Shown here in pieces: positions 55,504-64,000 of a stretch of DNA of 64,000 nucleotides (the first letter of the stretch is position 1; every line of letters starts with the position of its first letter). The DNA is from Octopus vulgaris (taxonomy: Eukaryota): NCBI GenBank assembly GCA_951406725.2, contig OX597817.1:13764001-13828000 (forward strand). The letters are read 5' to 3'. The position numbers were made by a program, and so were the translations under genes. The notes below the pieces were generated by a model. That model worked only from the letters and a program-made list of their open reading frames with translations. It was not told the origin of the DNA and searched no databases.

Positions 55504-56305
55504 GGAATAAATCCAAACATACAGGGAAAAATTAGATTTAGGATTAAATCCAATTTTATAGTATAAATATATTATATTATATTAAATTAGAGATAAAACC
55601 ACTATTAGGCAAATCAAATAGTGAAAAACATAAGCCAATACATAAAATTAATTTAAAAATATAAAAGTTAAAAATGAAAAATTATTTAAATAATTTAAAC
55701 TTATAAATTTTATATATATATAGTCTTTTCAGGCATATCTTATCCTCGTAACTTTGAATTCTTACAAGTAAGATGTGACCTTTGTTATTATTAAAACAAA
55801 AACCCTGAAGAGAGTCTACCCCTAACAGCTTAAATTCTTAACGTTGGATTTAACCCAAATGTTTTGAATAATGTAGTTCCAAGGGGCCAGAATCGAAACA
55901 TGTGTAGGTTTTTGAGTCTTCTGTAATGTTTTTTAAAACAGAAATTTATTTGTATTTATATCTTAAAAACCAACTACGATGCAAATAAATTAAATATACA
56001 TTTTTATCTCTCCATTTTCTTATATTATTAATTTTACCTATATATGTATATTTGTGTGTGCGTGCGTGTGTATGTATATATCTGTGTGTGTATGTTTTGT
56101 GTCTGTATTTGTTCCCCGCCCCACCATCGCTTAACAACTGATGTTGGTGTGTTTACGTCCCCGTAACGTAGCGGTTCGGTAAAAGGGATGATAGAATAAG
56201 TACCAGGCTTACAAAGAATAAGTCTTATGTTCGATTTCTTGGACTAAACGGCGGTGCTCCAGCATGGCCGCAATCAAATGACTGAAACAAGTAAAAAAAA
56301 AAGAG
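55298..56305 (+). mobile_element. SINE family A split by an insertion in its central (TA)n
   Basis: Head at 55298-55458 and tail at 56050-56305. Confidence 0.85.
55797..55914 (+). ncRNA. Type I hammerhead ribozyme (predicted) in a (TA)n-embedded insertion at about 55500-56040
   Basis: Stem I caaaaacc/ggtttttg (8 bp), CTGAAGA at 55805-55811, long stem II (gagtct..cccct/agggg..agaatc), GAAAC at 55895-55899, short stem III aca/tgt, GUA cleavage triplet at 55904-55906. Confidence 0.8.
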
Positions 56306-56572
56306 AATTAAAGAATTACATGAAGTATAGATATCTGCACAGTAGTAGAAATGTTACAAGTTTATTAATATAGTACTGCGCAAGGTACTAAGTCTGGGCA
56401 AGGTACCAATAAGTTAGTCTGACGGCTACGGAAATCTGAAATTCCTATTCTTAAATTAGTGCGGATTATAAGAGGTTCCAGACCCTCCAGTGGAAAGTTA
56501 ATGTTCTACATTTATATGCTTTAAAGAGGGCGGGCGATGTTAATAAGCGCTCGTTAGGGACCTAGCGATATT

Positions 56573-56803
56573 AAGGCGGTGAGCTGGCAGAAACGTTAGC
56601 ACGCCGGGCGAAATGCTTAGTGTTATTTCGTCTGCGTTACGTTGTGAGTTCAAATTCCGCCGAGGTCGACTTTGCCTTTCATCCTTTCGGGGTCGATAAA
56701 TTAAGTACCATTACGCACTGGGGTCGATGTAATCGACTTAATACCTATGTCTACCCTTGTTTGTCCCCTCTGTGTTTAGCCCCTTGTGGGTAATAAAGAA
56801 ATA
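56573..56803 (+). mobile_element. SINE family B monomer
   Basis: Full head-body-tail; flanking repeat gatattaa. Confidence 0.9.
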
Positions 56804-56819
56804 GATATTAACTCGGCAG

Positions 56820-57015
56820 CTTCTACGTGGTCGTTCGATTCGGTAGAAGTGATAGCCAAAAATTTCTGTGCCGTCTTCTGAAAAAAAAAAAAAAAAAAAA
56901 AAGAAGAGGAAGAACGAATCTGACAATCTGAAAAAGAAAAAAAAATCATAGTCACGGCTGGAATGCCTTTGATCATAGGTCTGCTTGATCAGAACTAACC
57001 TGGAGCTAAACAGTG
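56820..57015 (+). mobile_element. Older SINE-like family D fragment (related copies near 62995-63140 plus, 54740-54945 minus, 62250-62410 minus)
   Basis: Shared gtcacggct(g/a)gaatgc(c/t)tttga(tc/at)ataggtct(g/a)ct motif and aac-rich ends. Confidence 0.55.
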
Positions 57016-57404
57016 CCAACAAACTCAACTCAAGACTCTTGAACAGAACAGTTCAAAATTTAACGAAGTTAAGCGTTAAAACGGTTTTGTTATTATAATT
57101 AAGTGGGTACGATGCAGGCTTTAAGAGTCACGAGTTTATAAATTGCCGCAGGCAATACAATCTGTCTACACATAGCTGTACCTGTTTCATTTATATCAAG
57201 CGCTAAACGGGTCGGTGGTGTAAGCCAGTCAGACTCACATGCGACTAGCAGCGAGCTCCTTCCAAATTTGTCATTCTTTCCGGTGGCTTCAATCAACTTC
57301 TTGGGGAAATTTTGTAAATTCGTGAAGAACACCAGACTGGTGTGTTTAGAGTACTAAGAGAGCAGACACGTCTGTATCTGTGTATTTGTGCGTGAGAAAG
57401 AGAG

Positions 57405-59050
57405 CATGTATGTATGTATGTATGTATGTATGTATGTATGTATGTATGTATGTATGTATGTATGCATGTATGTATGTATGCATGCATGTATGTATGTATG
57501 TATGTATGTATGTATGTATGTATGTATGTATGTATGTATGTATGCGTGTGTATGTATGTATGTATGTATGCATGTCTGTATTTATGTATAAATGTATGTA
57601 TATATGTATATATGCATGCATGCATGTATGTATGTATGTATGTATGTATGTATGTATGTATGTATGTATGTATGTATGCATGTATGTATGTATGCATGCA
57701 TGTATGCATGTATGTATGCGTGTATGTATGTATATATGTATGTATATATGTATGTATGTATGCATGCATGCATGTATGTATGTATGTATGCATGTATGTA
57801 TGTATGTATGTATGTATGTATGTATGTATGTATGTATGTATGTATGCATGCATGTGTGTATGCATGTATGTATGCATGTATGTATGTATGCATGCATGCA
57901 TGCATGTATGTATGTATGTATGTATGTATGTATGTATGTATGTATGTATGTATGTATGTATGCATGCATGCATGTATGTATGTATGTATGCATGCATGTA
58001 TGTATGTATGCATGCATGCATGTATGTATGTATGTATGTATGCATGCATGCATGTATGTATGTATGTATGCATGCATGTATGTATGTATGTATGTATGTG
58101 TGTGTATGTATGTATGTATGCATGCATGCATGCATGCATGTATGTATGTATGCATGCATGCATGTATGTATGTATGTATGTATGTATGTATGTATGTATG
58201 TATGTATGTATGTATGTATGCATGCATGTATGTATGTATGTATGTATGTATGTATGTATGTATGTATGTATGTATGTATGTATGTATGTATGTATGTATG
58301 TATGCATGCATGTATGTATGTATGTATGTATGCATGCATGCATGCATGCATGCATGCATGTATGTATGTATGTATGTATGTATGTATGTATGTATGTATG
58401 CATGCATGTATGTATGCATGTATGTATGCATGTATGTATGTATGCATGCATGCATGCATGTATGTATGTATGTATGTATGTATGTATGTATGTATGTATG
58501 TATGTATGTATGTATGCATGCATGCATGTATGTATGTATGTATGCATGCATGTATGTATGTATGCATGCATGCATGTATGTATGTATGTATGCATGCATG
58601 TATGTATGTATGTATGTATGTGTGTGTATGTATGTATGTATGTATGCATGCATGCATGCATGTATGTATGTATGCATGCATGCATGTATGTATGTATGTA
58701 TGTATGTATGTATGTATGTATGTATGTATGTATGTATGTATGTATGTATGTATGTATGTATGTATGTATGTATGCATGTCTGTATTTATGTATAAATGTA
58801 TGTATATATGTATATATGCATGCATGCATGTATGTATGTATGTATGTATGTATGTATGTATGTATGTATGTATGTATGTATGTATGTATGTATGCATGTA
58901 TGTATGTATGCATGCATGTATGCATGTATGTATGCGTGTATGTATGTATATGTGTATGTATATATGTATGTATGTATGCATGCATGCATGTATGTATGTA
59001 TGTATGCATGTATGTATGCATGTATGTATGCATGTATGTATGCATGTATA
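57405..59050. repeat. 1.6-kb compound (TATG/CATG)n tract with higher-order duplication
   Basis: Read directly; the marker catgtctgtatttatgtataaatg occurs at 57571 and 58775. Confidence 0.95.
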
Positions 59051-59055
59051 TGTTA

Positions 59056-59319
59056 GAGCGGCGCGCTGGGAAAATCGTTTGCACGCCTCAAAAAAATGCT
59101 TGGCGGAATTTCGCCTGCTTTTACGCACTGAGTTCAAATTCCACCGGGGTCGGCTTTGTCTTTCATCCGATCGTGGTCGATAAAGTATGTACCGGTTGAA
59201 GATTTACCCGCTGCCTCAAAATTACTATCTTTGTTTCAAAATTTGAAATCAATAACTTTATCGTATATGTAAATATATGTAGATATTATAAATATTTATA
59301 CACATCAACACATACAGTC

Positions 59320-59408
<89 letters not shown>

Positions 59409-59609
59409 AACACACACACACTATATATATATATATATATACACGACTGGCTTCTGTCGGTGTTCGTCTGCTCACAAGGCTTTGGTCGGCCCGAGGCTAT
59501 AGCAGAAGACACTTGCCCAACGGCTAACCCGGAACCATGTGGTCGGTAAGGCCACACAGCTACTCTTGCACCCACATACATACATACATACATACATACA
59601 TACATACAT

Positions 59610-59664
<55 letters not shown>

Positions 59665-59711
59665 ATTTATTTATTTATACGTGTGTGTAGGTGTGTGAGT
59701 GTACATTTAGG

Positions 59712-59763
<52 letters not shown>

Positions 59764-60006
59764 TGCTCATATATATAGCCTCGGGTCGACCAGAACCTTA
59801 TGAGTGGATTTGGTAGACGGAAAATGAAAGAAGCCCGTCGTATATATATTCCCCCTCCATCGCTTGACAACCGATGTTGATGCGTATCTGTCCCCGTAAC
59901 TTAACGTTTCGACAAAAGAGAGCGACAAAATAAGAACTAGGCTTACAAAGAATAAGTCCTGGGGTCGATTTCTTCAAATGACTGAAACAAGCAAAAGAAT
60001 AAAAGA
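59056..60006. mobile_element. Diverged SINE fragments: family B 59056-59250 (+), family A 59440-59572 (-), family A 59775-60006 (+)
   Basis: Family motifs are recognisable in each segment. Confidence 0.7.
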
Positions 60007-60019
60007 ATATATACACACA

Positions 60020-60061
<42 letters not shown>

Positions 60062-60264
60062 TGCACACACACGTATATAAATACGTTTATGTGTATAATA
60101 TGTATGAATGTGTGTATGTGTGTATGTGTGAGAGAGAGAGTGAGAGAGAGAGAACCAACTATTTTGACATACATCAATGTATGTATGTATGTATGTATGT
60201 ATGTATGTATGTATGTATGTATGTATGTATGTGTGTATGTATGTATGTATGTATGTATGTGTGA

Positions 60265-60297
<33 letters not shown>

Positions 60298-60580
60298 TGT
60301 GAATGTATGTATGTATGTATGTATGTATGTATGTATGTATGTATGTATGTATGTATGTATGTATGTATGTATGTATGTATGTATGTATGTACGTATGTAT
60401 GTATGTATGTATGTATGTATGTGTGAATGCATGTATGTATGTATGTACGTACGTACGTACGTATGTATGTATGTATGTATGTATGTATGTATGTATGTAT
60501 GTATGTATGAATGAATGAATGAATGTATGTATGTATGCATGCATGTATATACATATGTAAAGTACGTGCGTATGTGTATC

Positions 60581-60604
<24 letters not shown>

Positions 60605-60611
<7 letters not shown>

Positions 60612-60957
60612 GTCCCCTTGTCTTGAGATCGCGCAATATTTGTAAACGAGTGTCATCATGCTAGTGATGTCATCATGCGTTTCCAATGTTCCGTGAAAAT
60701 ATGTCCGGTCACGGGCGAGGGTTGGCAACAAGAAGGGCACCCGACCGCAGAAAATCAGCCTCAAGGAATTCTGTCCGACCCATGCAAGCGTGGAACAGTG
60801 AACATTAAAGCGATGACGATAGTGACACTGACGATCACGTCGACGAGGATGAGGAGGAGGAAGAGGATGTTATTAATGACGATGACAGTGATGATCATGA
60901 CAGTGGTGGTGGTAGTGGTGATGATGACGACGACGACGACGATGACGATGATGATGT
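60605..60957 (+). mobile_element. SINE-like 3' fragment with (GAT)n-type tail
   Basis: agggttggcaacaagaagggcacccgaccgcagaaaatc...gacccatgcaagcgtggaacagtgaacattaaa followed by degenerate (gat/gac)n. Single copy in this window. Confidence 0.5.
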
Positions 60958-61919
60958 ACAAACCGCTCTTCCAACGGTTTTGCAGCATGGTATAAATATA
61001 TAGTAATAGCTCAGTCATCAGTCATCTGATATTCTGTCTCTAAATACATTTTTGAAAGCGTTTCAAAAAGCAGAGCAGATGAAACAGGATGTAATATTTA
61101 AATTATACACTTCATGTAAATTTTCTGACTTGCAATTTGTTTATGGAGAAACTTAATGATGTGAAACACTTCTCTCAATCTAGTTGTCAGAACAACTTAG
61201 TATTTCAGTCGTTCATGTTTTCTCTGTTCGTAATTTTTGTTTAACTCTGTTCACAGAGATAATTTAACAAATAACATAGTATAGTGATAGCTCGCAGTAC
61301 GAGTCTAATTCGTTCCATGACCGAGCTCGTCTTACTTGATTTACACGTTTTACAAATCAATTTTCCCCACTGAAATTTACTAAAATATAATTATAATCTG
61401 TTCCAGTGCTCCACCAAACCGCTCAAAAATAATTTTTTATGGGTTTTAAAACAGAAAAGGTGTAGTTACAAGTAAAATGACAATTATAAAAAGGAGAATG
61501 CAAAAGAAATATGTAAACTGGTTTTATTAACTGAATTACGATTTGTGCTCGAGGAAAACGATGGAGCGGGGAAGAGGAGGGTTATTGTTTGGAAGGAGAT
61601 TCTCCTTCAGGAAGAACAATTTCTGGTTTTTTCTTTCTCACTTCGCTTAATTTAGGCTTTTTGGACACATTTACTTCATTTTTTTTACGCTTGCAGGTTG
61701 TTTCATTAGAAACATATCGAGAGAAGTCTGCTTTATCCTGCCTTTCAAAATGTTACAAAAATGTGCCAGAGCAGTGTCATTAGATAAAGCCGTTGCACGA
61801 CCTGTAGCTACTTTTTCGGGATTATATTTTTCTACAAATTCAGAAACATACTGCTACTTTGACAACACTGCCTTTATGTCGTTCGTAGAGATAGCATTCT
61901 CTGCTACACTGTATGGAAG

Positions 61920-61952
<33 letters not shown>

Positions 61953-61984
61953 ACGCGCGTGTGTGTGTGTTGTATACGTTTGTA

Positions 61985-62160
61985 TGTTTTGCGTTTGTTT
62001 GACAATCGATGTTGGTTTGTTTACGTCCCTGTAACATAACGGTTCGGCAAAGAGCCCGATAGAATAAGTATCCGATTTTAAAAAAGTACTGGAGTCGATT
62101 TGTTCGAATAAACCCTTTAAACCGGTACCCCAGCATGACCGCAGTTCTATAACTGAAATA
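61985..62160 (+). mobile_element. SINE family A, diverged 3' half
   Basis: ttgacaatcgatgttggtttgtttacgtccc...gatagaataagta...ccagcatgaccgcag. Confidence 0.75.
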
Positions 62161-63643
62161 TATAAATATAATAGAGAAAGTTATATTTGATTCTACTTTT
62201 CAAGCTCTTAGCGAACCACAAAGCATAGGGTTGTGTTTTTTGTCATTATCCTTGTTGGCTAAGCCCACGTTGGTTCTGATTTAAAGAGATTTACGGTAAA
62301 CTACGATGGTTCCAACTGCAATCCTCCAATCACTTTTTAGATAGTGAATTAGGGACTACACAATGCACTGTGTTTTCCCTTTTTAGGCGGCTATTTCTAG
62401 AAAGGTCACGGTTCATGGTTGATACGGGTTCTCATTTCTAACATTGCTGATCCTAATAGGAGAGTAATTAATATTACAAAATCTAATTTTCTCTTATTTG
62501 TAAAATATATTGGTTTTGTGTTCAGAGAATTTAACAAACAGTTGAGTTACACCACTCTATAATAACCTTCCAAATATATATATTCACCTTATTTTTGTTT
62601 GATTTGTAAAATATTTTTTTTAAATTTCTCATTGTAAGCGGCAGGGATATTAAATAAATGATGGGTGGTTCATTATATAATTATGTGCAACTTAGAGTAT
62701 TAAATTAGTTGTAGCCTTGGACAGTAGTGGTTGCAAAAACCATGTAATTTTAACTCAGTTTACGTTGATATTTTTGGAGAAATTGCGGATGACCAAGAGG
62801 ATAAAACAGTATAAAAGCTGCTGTGATATCTAGAGTTCGTAAGCTCTTCTAGATACTACGTTGAGTCCGTGGCTAGGAACTTAAATCACCCCAAATAGTA
62901 GAAGAAACACTAATGTAATTTAATATAGTAAATATGATAACTTTAATTAATCAAGACTTTTTAATTAATGAGCTCACGAGAAAGCCTATACAAGGTCGTT
63001 GGGCTTGCTAGTAAGTAGCCTAATCTCCCTCATTTCATGAATATATTGTAAAATATGAATATATTGTACCTGTAAAAAGATGGAATGGTCACGGCTAGAA
63101 TGCTTTTGAATATAGGTCTACTCGATCAAAAGTAGCAACAACAGATTTTCATCCAACATTATGAATTATAGTAGGAGCAACTCACCATCCGAAGCAGAAA
63201 CACTTTTGATATTACAAGTGATTCTTTAGCTTGCAATGCTGAGCTCAAATTTCCTTATAGAGAAATAAGTTTACCTGCAATAGACCAACTTCCCATCCAA
63301 TTGAATATTTTCTTCCATTCACTTAACGAAGCGGCAACTGGAGATGAGTGCCAGATCAGTTGGAGCGTACTGATTCGGAAACTATTAGCTATCCGTATGT
63401 TTTAGAAGTAACTTTGTAATCTATAATTTAAGAGTATATCTTTATGTTTTTGGAAATGTTTGTGTTATTTTGCGCTATACCTATATATTTTATAAACATT
63501 TTCATATATATTCCATATAGTGCATATACTATTCTGAGCTATGTCTTTAGAGCTTTTGGAATATCTTTATGATGCACGTAATATTTAGAAGTATGTCTTT
63601 ATATTTTAGAAATGACTTTATAACGTATGCACTGCTTGAAGTA

Positions 63644-64000
63644 TTGGGTTGTCCGGAAAGTTGGTGCCGATTTTTAAAGGAAAGAAAAAGATCAATAAAT
63701 ACTTGCCATTACATTTTTAATCAACCAAATATGAACCATTTTGTTGCACAATGCGTTTCCATCTTTCCTTTAACTTGAAAATACCCTCTTCCCAGAATTG
63801 AGGTGCTTTCATGGCAAAGAATTCATCAAGGTATCTTTTTACGTCATCTAAGGAATTGAAATTTTTACCATTAAGACTATTCTGCAGAGATCTGGATAAG
63901 TGGAAATCCGAAGGAGCAACATCTGGTGAATATGGAGGATGGGGTAACAAATCCCAGCCGAGCTGCAGCAATTTTTGTCTGGTTCCCAAAGCAGCAAGTG
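63644..64000 (-). mobile_element. Mariner (DD34D) transposon 3' end, continues beyond the window
   Basis: ORF ...LGWDLLPHPPYSPDVAPSDFHL.RSLQNSL...GIFKLKERWKRIVQQNGSY* carries the mariner YSPD.APSD motif. TIR ttgggttgtccggaaagttggtgccgatt follows TA at 63642-63643. Confidence 0.95.

Noticed and set aside
61698-61920. Plus-strand splice acceptors (also near 16182) suggesting exons
   Set aside because: No convincing donor or recognisable protein; pyrimidine tract plus AG is common in this composition.

Overview
AT-rich, repeat-saturated animal genomic DNA. The SINE families and the microsatellite load suggest an octopus/coleoid cephalopod (inferred, not verified). No host protein-coding gene can be supported. 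Almost all long ORFs in the track come from (TA)n, (TATG)n, (TAA)n, (GA)n or (CA)n tracts. The window holds many tRNA-derived SINE copies from at least four families, decayed LINEs (RTE, R4/Dong, L1/Tx1), a decayed Penelope-like element, DNA transposon relics (mariner, hAT, MULE-like) and non-autonomous Helitrons. The most notable hidden signal is about nine hammerhead-ribozyme-like cores (CUGANGA...GAAAC..GUH) in several unrelated short elements, most of them in or beside (TA)n tracts. Some have fixed ends, and one locus has an inverted pair. Other oddities are a twin-priming-type 5' inversion in an RTE LINE, SINE multimers sharing one junction, head/tail-swapped SINEs, a foldback mariner and a (TAA)n-targeted non-autonomous element.
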